From the NCBI RefSeq assembly GCF_000964545.1, contig NZ_BBVD01000005.1:2838-34837 (forward strand): a stretch of 32,000 bases of DNA. Direction: 5' to 3'. Origin of the DNA: Comamonas thiooxydans (lineage in GTDB: Bacteria > Pseudomonadota > Gammaproteobacteria > Burkholderiales > Burkholderiaceae_C). The notes under the pieces were generated by a model. That model made no database searches, had not been told where the DNA came from, and saw nothing but the letters and a program-made list of their open reading frames with translations. The position numbers were made by a program, and so were the translations under genes. Position 1 is the stretch's first letter; every line of letters starts with the position of its first letter. Positions 1-8,831 of this stretch are shown one piece after another.

Positions 1-2
1 AG

Positions 3-188
3 GCCTCACTTGGCCGTCTGGGGCATTGTCTTGATAGCTTGGAGCCAGCGCGCCGCGCCTGCCTTTTGCACGCCTATGTGGACGGCTGCAGCCACAGCGA
101 GATTGCCGAGCGAGTCAAAGCCCCCCTGGGCACAGTCAAGGCCTGGATTCAGCGCGGACTGCGCGCACTGCGGGAATGCATGCAATGA
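3..188 (+). CDS. ECF-type (sigma-70 family) sigma factor, C-terminal end only; the gene starts upstream of the window
   Basis: My translation of frame 3 gives ...LEPARRACLLHAYVDGCSHSEIAERVKAPLGTVKAWIQRGLRALRECMQ*, the region-4 HTH pattern of ECF sigma factors. It is absent from the ORF track because no start codon lies in the window. Stop TGA 186-188 overlaps ATG 185-187 of the next ORF (ATGA coupling). Confidence 0.75.
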   Translation, partial: ASLGRLGHCLDSLEPARRACLLHAYVDGCSHSEIAERVKAPLGTVKAWIQRGLRALRECMQ

Positions 189-913
189 GCAGCGAAACCC
201 AACAACCACAACCTCCAGACGACCTGCATACACAGGCCGGAGAGTATGTATTGGGCACGCTTGATGAAAGCGAGCGTCGCTCTATTGAAGCGCGCCTTCC
301 CTACGAGCCCGCCCTGCGCGCAGCAGTGGACGAATGGGAGCAGCGCCTGTTGCCGCTGACCACGCTAGCCGAGCCTGTGGAGCCAGGAGCCAGCCTCTGG
401 CTGCGCATCGCCGCAAGCATCGCGCCAGCGAGCCGCCCTCGAGTCGTGCCAGCCCGAATACGCTGGTGGCAATGGGACAGCCTCGCCCTATGGCGCAGCC
501 TGACGGGCGCAGGTTTCGCCGCCACAGCAGTGCTGGCCGCTGTTCTTGTGGTGCGTGAAGCGTCTCCTCCAACAGCGCCGCGCTATTTCGTGGTGTTGGC
601 CGCGCCTCAGAACCAATCTCCAGGCTGGCTCGTGCAGGCCCAGACAGAAGGCAGGCTGCGTCTGGTGCCGTTAGGCACCAATAGTGTTCCTGCAGAAAAA
701 TCCCTGCAGTTCTGGACCAAGGCTGATGGCTGGAGCGCTCCAGTATCGCTTGGCCTCGTAAAGCCAGGCGAGGCCATAGAGGTTCCAGTGGACAAGCTCC
801 CCCCCCTACAGCCCAATCAATTGTTTGAGCTGACCCTGGAACCCTATGGCGGCTCCCCGATTGGACGACCCACTGGCCCCATTCAGTTCATTGGCCGAGC
901 CGTCCAGATCTAA
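176..913 (+). CDS. anti-sigma factor, RskA (anti-sigma-K)-like, single-pass membrane protein
   Basis: The N-terminus AGEYVLGTLDESERRSIEARLPYEPALRAAVDEWEQRLLPL fits the sigma-binding helix pattern of RskA-type anti-sigmas. There is one hydrophobic span (AGFAATAVLAAVLVV) and a C-terminal domain with KSLQFWTK..APVSLGLV. The likely true start is ATG 185, coupled to the sigma factor stop. Confidence 0.7.
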   Translation: MHAMSSETQQPQPPDDLHTQAGEYVLGTLDESERRSIEARLPYEPALRAAVDEWEQRLLPLTTLAEPVEPGASLWLRIAASIAPASRPRVVPARIRWWQWDSLALWRSLTGAGFAATAVLAAVLVVREASPPTAPRYFVVLAAPQNQSPGWLVQAQTEGRLRLVPLGTNSVPAEKSLQFWTKADGWSAPVSLGLVKPGEAIEVPVDKLPPLQPNQLFELTLEPYGGSPIGRPTGPIQFIGRAVQI

Positions 914-1120
914 GACTTCTACCGGTTAAGCCTTGATGAGCCACTTGCCGACATCTCCAAAAGCAAACATAGCGGCCGTCACAGGCAGCCTTGCCTTACA
1001 CCCGTGCCCCCGACGAATCGCCAGCAGAACATAAATAGCGAAATTCAATGAATCCAGACAGAAAGTGGTTGCGTATTCCTTTCAGCCGGCATTTTTCGGC
1101 TTGTACATCAAGGAGCATCC

Positions 1121-1684
1121 ATGTTCTCGATTCAATCTGCACGTAAGTTGGCCTCGTTCAGCCTAGCTATCTCGATGTCTGCTGTATCCGTCGCAGCAAT
1201 GGCTGATGTGATGGTGGGTGGAGCCCCCATGCTGCCCTCCAAGGACATCATAGACAACGCAGTCAATTCCAAGGATCACACTACGCTGGTCGCGGCGGTC
1301 AAAGCTGCTGGCCTCGTCGATACGCTCAAGGGCCCCGGTCCATTTACCGTCTTTGCGCCGACCAATGCCGCATTTGATGCACTTCCCGCTGGCACCGTCG
1401 ATACGCTGCTCAAGCCTGAAAACAAAGCTGTGCTGACCACGGTCCTCACATACCACGTCGTCCCTGGTAAATGGGATGCCGCAGCACTCAGCAAGATGAT
1501 CAAGGACGGCAAAGGCAAGGCCATGATCAAAACAGTCAGTGGCGGCACCCTGACGGCCCAGTCCAGCGATAAGAAAATCATGCTAACGGATGAAAAAGGA
1601 GGCACGGCCACGGTGACCATTCCCAACGTCTATCAATCCAATGGTGTGATTCACGTTATCGACAAGGTATTGCTTCCCAAATAA
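1121..1684 (+). CDS. secreted fasciclin (FAS1) domain protein
   Basis: The ORF has an N-terminal signal peptide (LASFSLAISMSAVSVAAMA). FAS1 hallmarks are present: TVFAPTNAAFDALPAGTVDTLL, LTYHVVPGK and NGVIHVIDKVLLP. A GGAG sits upstream of the ATG (aaggagcatccATG). Confidence 0.85.
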   Translation: MFSIQSARKLASFSLAISMSAVSVAAMADVMVGGAPMLPSKDIIDNAVNSKDHTTLVAAVKAAGLVDTLKGPGPFTVFAPTNAAFDALPAGTVDTLLKPENKAVLTTVLTYHVVPGKWDAAALSKMIKDGKGKAMIKTVSGGTLTAQSSDKKIMLTDEKGGTATVTIPNVYQSNGVIHVIDKVLLPK

Positions 1685-1876
1685 GCAAGCCCCCTGTTTG
1701 AGGCCCCAAACGAGCCTTAACTGAAATATGGGGTCTCCCTTGAAATCGACCGCAACACCATGAGAGTGATGATTGCGGTCGATGGGACGGGAATACTTCT
1801 GGTCGATGTACTCGTAAAGTCCCCATACTGTAGGGTCTTCTCAGAAACTGGCGATGCGCCCCACTGAATGGAGGGA

Positions 1877-2062
1877 CTACTCCTGAGTATCTTGACGGCT
1901 CACATCCAGTTGACGGCGCTTACGGGCGCTGTTTTTCAGCAGTGTTCTTACGAAACAGGGGCCACCGATAACTTCGTGTATGTGGGCGTTGCTGACACCC
2001 TTAGCTAACATTACGTCTAGTACGTGCTGCTTGGGTGTAGATACGGGTACAAGCGGCACCAC
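1877..2062 (-). pseudogene. possible remnant of a LuxR/GerE-type HTH domain (C-terminus of a response regulator); no receiver domain upstream
   Basis: KQHVLDVMLAKGVSNAHIHEVIGGPCFVRTLLKNSARKRRQLDVSRQ follows the spacing of the GerE pattern (VL.L.A.G.SN..IA..L.IS..TVK.H...I..KL.V..R), but key positions are degraded. It lies in a lower-GC patch with no intact upstream coding sequence. Confidence 0.3.
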
Positions 2063-2571
2063 TGTCGTTGATGCAGTTGCACTGCCATCAACTTTGCTTG
2101 GCCAAAGCTCAGCAGATTAGTGTCTGTGGGGTTCATGCAGACATGAGAAGAGCTAGTTAAAGAAATGCAGCCGCATCGGCTTACCTGAAGTCTGGAGATG
2201 AAGAGCCGAAGGACGCCAAGCTCGACATCGTGGATATCAAGACTGTAGCTGAAGCCGATACGTTCACCTAGACGGCCGTACTGCTGCCCGTAGCCTTCGA
2301 AGACTATCTTAACTGCTTCACTTTTAATGTTTCAGTTTGATACATATCAACCGATAACCTCATAAGAGCTCAACAGACTCAAGGAGATTTCATTGAAGCG
2401 ATGCATCATCAAAGTAGCAGGAGCCTGCTACACCGCCCTATTCCCAAGCACATGCGCCGCACTTGAAGATGCCCTGAAGCGCTTCCCGAGCGCCACCGCA
2501 ATCTCCGTGAAAGCCGCTTGAATTCGGCTTGATCTAGCTATTCATCTAACATCCAACGCCAACTAGCAATC

Positions 2572-3093
2572 GTGTCTGTGACCGTTGCGAAGTCCCGGCT
2601 TAGCCAAATCAATACTGGAATAGCTATGCGTCCATCAATGCTGTCTATCAGCATATCGATCGCCATTTCAGGCTTCGTCCTTGTCTCCTGCACGAATGAG
2701 GAGAGCCACAAACTTGAGGCCAGGCGAGCTGCCAGGCGGCTGCTTGCTTTCCCTGAGCATGCCGAGTTCAAAGATGTGAAGTTGGGAAAGAACGGCGATG
2801 CTGTCTGCGGATTTGTGGGCTTTCGTCAAGGTGAGTTAGCATCCTATCCAGGCAAGAAACCATTTGTCTATGAAGTCAACACGCACACCGCAAGCCTAGT
2901 GGAAATGCTTCAGGATAAGGACTTCAAGAACTTTATAGAGGACAGGCTCGAAAACGAAGACGAAGTTGCCAAAGCGAAAAACTTGATCAAGACCTGCCGC
3001 GGGCAAGCTCTATGGGAAACGAACTGCTCTCCCACGCTTGATATCAAGAAGCACGCTCTCTGCAGCTACGTTGAGCCTCCCACAGTGCTTTAG
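2572..3093 (+). CDS. hypothetical lipoprotein
   Basis: A lipobox-like sequence ISGFVLVS-C follows a hydrophobic N-terminus. The probable start is ATG 2626 (MRPSMLSISISIAISGFVLVSC). I recognise no family. G+C is visibly lower than in neighbouring core genes. Confidence 0.5.
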   Translation: MSVTVAKSRLSQINTGIAMRPSMLSISISIAISGFVLVSCTNEESHKLEARRAARRLLAFPEHAEFKDVKLGKNGDAVCGFVGFRQGELASYPGKKPFVYEVNTHTASLVEMLQDKDFKNFIEDRLENEDEVAKAKNLIKTCRGQALWETNCSPTLDIKKHALCSYVEPPTVL

Positions 3094-3177
3094 CAATTCC
3101 AGCAAACCAGTCTTGGCACCTGCTTGCAGGGTTACCGGCCTTCTGCACGAAGTAGCATGCAGCGCTCCCCGAGAAGA

Positions 3178-3265
3178 CCATCTGGCGTGTTCGCTCACGC
3201 AGGCACGGCAGTTCAGGAATGGGCTTGGGCTAGCCATCTATCAAGAGCACGGCGCGGCTTTCGCG
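3178..3265. repeat. copy A of a diverged ~88-bp intergenic repeat
   Basis: By hand alignment to 4026..4112, 45 of the first 57 positions are identical (ccatcYggcgtg..cgct.a.gcagg.acggca..tcaggaat..gc.tgggct.gc). After a 1-nt indel, 15 of the next 21 match (gag..cgg.g.ggctt..gcg). Confidence 0.6.
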
Positions 3266-3319
3266 TCGTGGCAACAGTGGTAACACTAGATGGCCCAGCA
3301 ACTTTCCTAAACATGACGA

Positions 3320-3748
3320 ATGAATGCTTCGCGTGTAATTTGCGGAAGTGGCGCTGAGTGCTTCAAGCAAAAATCAATGAAAGCACTCGATGCATGCAAA
3401 TGCACGAAGAGCAAGCTTATGCGGCAGAGAACTTCAAGCCAAGCTGAGGCAAAGATGCTAGTACGCCCCATTACCTATCACCTTGAAATTTCACAGGACT
3501 CAATTAAGAGCGAACCGGTCGTCCACCTTGAGTCATCAACACCATTTCACCCCTTCGCCGTCGGAGACAAGATGAGTTGGAATGGATTTAGAAATGCTAG
3601 ATGGCACCCTGAGCCCCAGACAGGACAGTTCCTACGTGTAAAGGATGCACTTCATTTTATTTGGGACATACGTGGCTCGAACATCGGCCACAAAGTTCGT
3701 CTGTGCGTCGAAATATGCAACGTCGAAGACTTGCCAACACACCACTGA
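3320..3748 (+). CDS. hypothetical protein (start uncertain; ATG 3455 has the better RBS)
   Basis: This is an open frame of 142 codons. ATG 3455 is preceded by gaggcaaag (GAGG) and would give a 97-aa product, MLVRPITYHLEIS... No recognisable motif. Confidence 0.35.
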   Translation: MNASRVICGSGAECFKQKSMKALDACKCTKSKLMRQRTSSQAEAKMLVRPITYHLEISQDSIKSEPVVHLESSTPFHPFAVGDKMSWNGFRNARWHPEPQTGQFLRVKDALHFIWDIRGSNIGHKVRLCVEICNVEDLPTHH

Positions 3749-3986
3749 ACCAAACGTCTTCGATTTCGTCAGCATGCAGCCTTCTAGGCGGATTTTTCCT
3801 GTTTGATGCGCTTGTGCGATGAGCTGCGAGCATGTGGCAGGACTCTACCGGAGCCACCACAGCGCGGAAATGTACGCGCCAACGCACTTCGAAATGTATT
3901 GAGCAGCAAAAGCCTGCCCCTCGTGAAATTATTCCAGTAGCATTCGCGTTGGGCCCAGCTATTAGGACGTAGGTGGAGCCTCTTAT

Positions 3987-4010
3987 GCCACCCACGAGGT
4001 GGCTTTTTTT
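3987..4010 (+). terminator. rho-independent terminator
   Basis: Stem gccacc(3987-3992)/ggtggc(3998-4003), loop cacga, followed by a T7 run (4004-4010). Confidence 0.6.
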
Positions 4011-4025
4011 GTCCTGAATTTAGGG

Positions 4026-4112
4026 CCATCCGGCGTGACCGCTTAAGCAGGTACGGCAACTCAGGAATTCGCCTGGGCTGGCGACAATTGGGAGTGCGGT
4101 GTGGCTTCAGCG
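4026..4112. repeat. copy B of the ~88-bp intergenic repeat
   Basis: See copy A. The two copies are 848 bp apart in the same orientation and bracket the 3320..3748 ORF. Confidence 0.6.
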
Positions 4113-4302
4113 CCTTTAGCGAAAGTGCTCACGCCAGATAAGGCAGAGCCTGTTTATGAGCCCACGCACATCTTGATTCCATCACTCTCTTTGGGCAAAA
4201 TTTGCGTCACGTACCTGTTTTGCCGGGCCTGGGGTCACAGACTCCTTTCACTTCCTCAACTTGCCCAGGCATGACCAAATAGGTCACCGGCTTTTTATTC
4301 GC

Positions 4303-4335
4303 GCCCGCAGCAACTGCTTGCGGGCTTTTTCTTTT
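4303..4335 (+). terminator. rho-independent terminator abutting the IS3-family element
   Basis: Stem gcccgca(4303-4309)/tgcgggc(4319-4325), followed by tttttctttt. Confidence 0.6.
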
Positions 4336-4370
4336 GTCACAGGAGAAGCATCCTCGCTTTCCTGCACTAC

Positions 4371-5194
4371 CTAAAAGTAGAGGTTGGGGAAACGTTTGAC
4401 ACGATACGCGACCGGCGGAATCCGGCCCAGCGATTCATGTGGACGATGGTGGTTGTAGCAATGCAGCCAGTCCTCGGTCATCGAGCGCACTTCCTGCAGA
4501 GATTCAAAGACATAGCAGTCGAGCACCTCCGTGCGATAGGTTCTGTTGAAACGTTCTACGTAAGCGTTCTGCGTCGGCTTGCCTGGCTGAATGTGGTTCA
4601 ACGCTATGCCTTTATCCTGCGCCCATTGCTTCAAGGCCTGGGCGATGAACTCGAGCCCGTTGTCCAGGCGAATGCACTGCGGCACCCCACGGACCTCAGT
4701 GAGCTCCTCCAAGGCTCGTACCACCCGAGCTGCAGGCAAGCTGGCATCAATTTCGATACGCAGGCACTCCCGGTTGAAGTCGTCAATGACGTTGAGGGTT
4801 CTGAACCGTCTTCCTGACCACAGGGCATCGGACATGAAGTCACAACTCCAGCCCTGGTTCGGTGTTGAGGCTGCCTCCAAGGGATGCTTGATGCGCTGCG
4901 GCAAACGTTTCTTGCCTCGCCTGGGCAGGTTCAGTTTGAGCTGGCAATACACACGCCAAAGCACAGTCTTGCCCAGAGCTGTTCTTGATAGCGGGCGCTG
5001 GCGTAAAGCAGCCCAAACCCGTGGCGAGGATTCAATGCCACGTATCTTTGGATGAAGTCGATTACCCCGGAGTCGTCACAGACCACACGTGCATATCGAA
5101 GCGTTGAGCGAGCCAGGCCCGCCGCTTGGCAAGCTCTGCGCTGACTTAGGCGGTGCTCGCTCATAAGCGCATGCACGATGGATTGCCGACGCAC
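4371..5194 (-). pseudogene. IS3-family transposase OrfB (DDE/rve integrase core) with an extra frameshift
   Basis: The catalytic part is intact (WSCDFMSD..., [27 protein letters not shown]). The N-terminal part (4931..5194, ...[20 protein letters not shown]) is in a different frame from ...[19 protein letters not shown] (4371..4964). The frames switch within about 4965-4990, separately from the normal orfA/orfB slippage. Confidence 0.75.
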
Positions 5195-5199
5195 CGGGG

Positions 5200-5466
5200 T
5201 CAGAGCTTTCGCTCGACAACATCCTTCAGAGCATGGTGCACGAGCGCCAAATCGGTATACATGCGTTTGAGCTTGGCGTTCTCTTCCTGCAACTGCCGCA
5301 TCTGGGCCAGATGCGGCACAGACATCCCTGAATACTGGCTCTTCCTCTTGTAGTACGTGGCATCGCTGATGCCATGTTTGCGACAGGTGTCACCGACTTT
5401 GGCGCCTAGCTCAACCTCCTTGAGGATGCCGACGATTTGCGCTTCACTGAATCTGGACTTCTTCAT
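5200..5466 (-). CDS. IS3-family transposase OrfA (HTH)
   Basis: MKKSRFSEAQIVGILKEVELGAKVGDTCRKHGISDATYYKRKSQYSGMSV...LQEENAKLKRMY is the canonical IS3 OrfA N-terminal HTH plus leucine-zipper pattern. Confidence 0.9.
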   Translation of the reverse strand: MKKSRFSEAQIVGILKEVELGAKVGDTCRKHGISDATYYKRKSQYSGMSVPHLAQMRQLQEENAKLKRMYTDLALVHHALKDVVERKL

Positions 5467-5553
5467 GTTGAGACCTCCGTGAGGGGGATTCTCGACTTTT
5501 GAGTGGCGCGAAGATTCGAGGACACATTTGAGGAGGCGTCAGTAACAGCTGTC

Positions 5554-5754
5554 CTGTTAAAGGCCTTTGCGAAACTGGGCGGCCCCGATCCGGCCAGCGT
5601 GCAGGTGACGGCCCACCGCTGGCGCTATGCCGACACGGCCAACCCGCTGAACATGGGCTCCTGGTGAGACGCGGCTGCCAGTTTGGGGATGTGCGGTGAC
5701 TGGCTGCACAACGGCACCGTGGAAGGCGCCTGGATCAGCGGTATAAGCTTGGCC
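5554..5754 (+). pseudogene. 3' fragment of a renalase-like NAD/FAD-dependent oxidoreductase (COG3380-type), 5' end removed at the IS3 boundary, with an in-frame TGA
   Basis: Own translation: LLKAFAKLGGPDPASVQVTAHRWRYADTANPLNMGSW*DAAASLGMCGDWLHNGTVEGAWISGISLA. This is the C-terminal HRWRYA...CGDW...VEGAW.SG pattern of that family. It begins 13 nt after the IS end, and a TGA at 5665-5667 interrupts the same frame. Confidence 0.5.
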
Positions 5755-5868
5755 TGCCATGTCCATAGGCACTGCTCGCCCATGCCGGATAAACCTACAG
5801 GGAGCACACCATGCGCACATCCTTTACTTCTGTCGATCTTCGGCGATTCGTGTGGATTTACCTTTCAG

Positions 5869-6837
5869 TCAATCCGCCGTTATTTTTCGATCACGGATGA
5901 TGCGGCTCCATTTCTCATTTTCTGTCGAAATGAATTTGGCCAATTCTTCTCGTGATGTTGGAGCTGCGGTTTGACCGTGTTTAAGCAGGTTTGCTCGCAC
6001 GTCAGGTGCGTTCAACACCTTCACGAGCTCGACATTCCATCTGTCCAGTAGCGGCTTGGGTGTTTTACCTGGCGCAACGAACGCATACCAGTTAGTGGCG
6101 TTAAAGCCTGGATAGGTCTCTGCGACGGTGGGCACATTGGGCAGGTAGGCTGGCCGTGTCAGTCCGGTGGTTGCCAACGGGATGAGCTTGCCCGACTCGA
6201 TATGCGGCAGCGCTGTGGGTGGTGCTGCATAGAAGGAGCTGACGCGTCCGCCCAGGACATCCTGTAACGCGGGGGCTCCGCCCTTATAGGGAATGTGAAC
6301 CGTGTCGATCTTTGCAATGTCGTTAAGCAGTTCGCCGGCCAAGTGGGCCGCTGATCCAGGGCCCGTAGAGGCAACGTCCAGTTTGCCCGGTTCACGCTTG
6401 GCTGTAGCCACAAACTCGCCTAGGGTTTTGATGCCTTTGCTTGCAGGCACCACCAGAACGTTGGGAAAGGTCACGCCCATAGTGATTGGTGCGAGATCCT
6501 TGAGCGGGTCGTAGCTCACCTTCATGAAGTGAGGCGAGATGCTCAAAGGGCCGATCGAGCCGAACAGCAAGACAGAGCCATCGGTAGGTCCATGGGCAAC
6601 CTGGGCATGCGCCAGATTGCCGCCGGCACCAGGCTTGTTATCCACGACCACGCTCTGGCCAATGTTTTCACCGAGTTTCTTGGCAATAATGCGTGCGGCG
6701 ATATCGGCCGAACCGCCTGCGGCAAAGCCAACAACCATGGTGACCGGTCTTTTTGGGGGGAAATCCTGGGCATAGGCACCGGCGAGCGGCAGGCAGGCGG
6801 CCAATGCGGCAGCCAGTATGAGAGGGCGTCGTTGCAT
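5869..6837 (-). CDS. Bug-family (TctC-like) tripartite tricarboxylate transporter substrate-binding protein
   Basis: Signal peptide MQRRPLILAAALAACLPLAGAYA, then QDFPPKRPVTMVVGFAAGGSADIAARIIAKKL..VVVDNKPGAGGN, the typical Bug N-terminus. ATG 6837 is preceded by AGGAG (atcaggagacaacATG). The ORF-track start 6864 is probably too long. Confidence 0.9.
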   Translation of the reverse strand: MQRRPLILAAALAACLPLAGAYAQDFPPKRPVTMVVGFAAGGSADIAARIIAKKLGENIGQSVVVDNKPGAGGNLAHAQVAHGPTDGSVLLFGSIGPLSISPHFMKVSYDPLKDLAPITMGVTFPNVLVVPASKGIKTLGEFVATAKREPGKLDVASTGPGSAAHLAGELLNDIAKIDTVHIPYKGGAPALQDVLGGRVSSFYAAPPTALPHIESGKLIPLATTGLTRPAYLPNVPTVAETYPGFNATNWYAFVAPGKTPKPLLDRWNVELVKVLNAPDVRANLLKHGQTAAPTSREELAKFISTENEKWSRIIRDRKITAD

Positions 6838-6934
6838 GTTGTCTCCTGATCGAGTCGTTATCAACTCTGTGCAAGCGGCGATGGTAAATATCCGGGACTA
6901 TTTCGTGAATTGCAATATATGACTAGACTGTTGC

Positions 6935-7834
6935 ATGCAGCGCATTAAATTCGATATTGCCGAACTACAGGCGTTTGTTGCCACGGCAGAGAATTCAAGC
7001 TTTCGTGTAGCTGCGGAACGTCTTTGTTTGTCTGCCCCGGCGTTGAGTCGCAGGGTGGAGCGCCTGGAGGAAGCACTTGGAGCCAAGCTGCTTGAGCGGA
7101 CCACCAGGCATGTTCAGTTGACCGCGATTGGTCAGGAATTTCTGACTGAGGCGCGCGCAGCGCTGGAGAGCCTCGAGACAGCAGCGCAGCGCATCAGCGA
7201 TCAGTCGCTGACTCGCCGAGGATTGGTGACGGTGGCTTGCATCCCTTCAGTGGCAAACCATCTTTTGCCAAATGCATTGCGCACCTTTGCCGATGAGTAC
7301 CCGGATGTGCACGTTCATGTCATTGACGAGAATGCGAGCCATGTCCTGGATGCCGTGGTTAGGGGGCGAGCCGATTTCGGGCTCAGTTTCACGGGAAGCC
7401 AGGAACCAGGAATTCAGTTCGAGACTTTGGCACGCGAGCGATATGTGTTGGCAATGCTGCGAAGTCATGCTTGGGCATGCCGCTCAGAGGTAGCGTGGTC
7501 AGAGCTTGCCGGAGTGCGCCTCGTATCCGTATCGCACCAGAGCAGCAATCGACTGCTTTTGGACCAAGTCATGGCAGGCCTGCCTGAGCAGCCAATAGCT
7601 TGGTACGAATGCAATCACGTAACTGGGGCTCTGGCTCTTGTCGAAGCAGGTTTGGGAATGGCAGCCATCCCGCAGCTTGCTCTGCCTGAGTGCAATCCTA
7701 AGGTCTGCGGTGTGCCACTCATTGAGCCTCAGTTGTGGCGGACTTTAGGCCTGATACAGAAGCGAGAGCGTGTGCTTAGTCCTGTCGCTGAATATCTGAA
7801 GAACCGCTTGCTCACCCTCCATGTGAACCACTGA
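6935..7834 (+). CDS. LysR-family transcriptional regulator
   Basis: N-terminal wHTH LQAFVATAENSSFRVAAERLCLSAPALSRRVERLEEALGAKLLERTTR plus a LysR substrate-binding domain. It is divergent from the Bug gene. An 8-bp palindrome ATTGCAAT (6909-6916) sits in the shared promoter region. Confidence 0.9.
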   Translation: MQRIKFDIAELQAFVATAENSSFRVAAERLCLSAPALSRRVERLEEALGAKLLERTTRHVQLTAIGQEFLTEARAALESLETAAQRISDQSLTRRGLVTVACIPSVANHLLPNALRTFADEYPDVHVHVIDENASHVLDAVVRGRADFGLSFTGSQEPGIQFETLARERYVLAMLRSHAWACRSEVAWSELAGVRLVSVSHQSSNRLLLDQVMAGLPEQPIAWYECNHVTGALALVEAGLGMAAIPQLALPECNPKVCGVPLIEPQLWRTLGLIQKRERVLSPVAEYLKNRLLTLHVNH

Positions 7835-8336
7835 GCACGCACTGGACTGTTGCACGCGACCCATTGCGTTCAGCGGTACAAACCTATGTTCCGATCAAGT
7901 GTTCTCGATTTTTCAGCGAATTGAGCGTGACACATCAACTCAGGTGCGCGACATCCATCACGTAAGAAATCAGGGTTTTTGAGAGTGTCAAAAACTCGGA
8001 GCTCTAAGGGCTTGTACTGCGATCTTCACCATCAAAATTCTCTTTCGCTTCTCTAAAGCGATCTGCGTTTCAAATCTAGCGCCGAGAAGCTCGGTAGGTG
8101 CCCCGACAACCGCCTCACAGCCCAATTGAAAAGGCGGTTTGGAGAACTCCACGCAGCCCAATCCACTTGCGGAATTTTGAGTGGAACTGCGAAGGTGAAA
8201 GCTATGGTCGACCTCATTGAGGAGAGATGACCGATTGGGTTTCGAACAGCGACGGACGCAACCCGTTGAATCCACAGTCACTAGCGGTCGGCCCGCATTC
8301 CTCCAGGGCTGTCTTCTGAAGCAGGAAGTCAACGCG

Positions 8337-8759
8337 TTAGGCGGACGGGTCTTCGAGCATTGTCCTATTCAATTCAAACCCTTCATCGAGCCAACCAGTA
8401 ATACCGCCAACCATTATTTTCACGGGCCGCCCCAGTCTTGCCAGACGCAAGGCACCGCGTGCCGCGCCGTTGCAATGGGGCCCTGCGCAGTAGGTGACGA
8501 ATAGGGTCTCTTCTGGCCAAGCCGCCAACTTGCTTTCGACGATCTTCCCATGAGGCAAATTGATTGCCCCTGGCACATGGCCCTGTGCGAACAGCGCTGG
8601 CGAGCGTACGTCGAGGAGCACGAAATCGGGGCCCTTTAGAAGCCCGTCATGCACATCCCAACAATCGGTCTCGAAACTGAATTCAGCAGCGAAATGAGCG
8701 ATGGCAATGGACGGCTTCGCAGCGGGAATTGCGGTTACATGGGTGCTGGAGAAGGTCAT
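8337..8759 (-). CDS. rhodanese-like domain protein (sulfurtransferase)
   Basis: FVLLDVRSPALFAQGHVPGAINLP and an active-site loop YCAGPHCNGAARGA, the rhodanese fold pattern. Confidence 0.8.
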   Translation of the reverse strand: MTFSSTHVTAIPAAKPSIAIAHFAAEFSFETDCWDVHDGLLKGPDFVLLDVRSPALFAQGHVPGAINLPHGKIVESKLAAWPEETLFVTYCAGPHCNGAARGALRLARLGRPVKIMVGGITGWLDEGFELNRTMLEDPSA

Positions 8760-8831
8760 AACAAAGAAGACTGTGTTTGTGGCAGTGATGCTTATCGTGC
8801 CGAGAGTCCAGTCGAGTCACAATTGGCGTAT

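Larger units (their letters stand above)
4335..5541 (-). mobile_element. IS3-family insertion sequence (IS407/IS2-like orfA-orfB layout), about 1.2 kb; ends approximate
   Basis: orfA and orfB overlap in the -1 frame as in IS3-family elements. The termini begin TGTCAC... (4335) and, on the complement, TGACGC... (5541). The inverted repeats are only loosely similar by eye, and no clear target duplication was found. Confidence 0.75.

Noticed and set aside
1740-1860. Peptidase M15-like motif (HSHGVAVDF) in a minus-strand frame just downstream of the fasciclin gene
   Set aside because: It is a single short motif with no start codon. The frame simply stays open into the antisense strand of the fasciclin gene. 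Not supportable as a gene.
3120-4120. Integron gene-cassette array, with the ~88-bp repeats acting as attC sites
   Set aside because: The spacing and small orphan ORFs are suggestive. However, I could not find RYYYAAC / GTTRRRY core sites at the repeat borders on either strand. No intI integrase or attI is in the window, and a normal rho-independent terminator lies inside the putative cassette. It is kept as an unexplained repeat instead.
7988-8332. 114-aa minus-strand ORF between the LysR and rhodanese genes
   Set aside because: No RBS, atypical composition, no motif, and several overlapping alternative frames. It is more likely non-coding or a badly decayed remnant.
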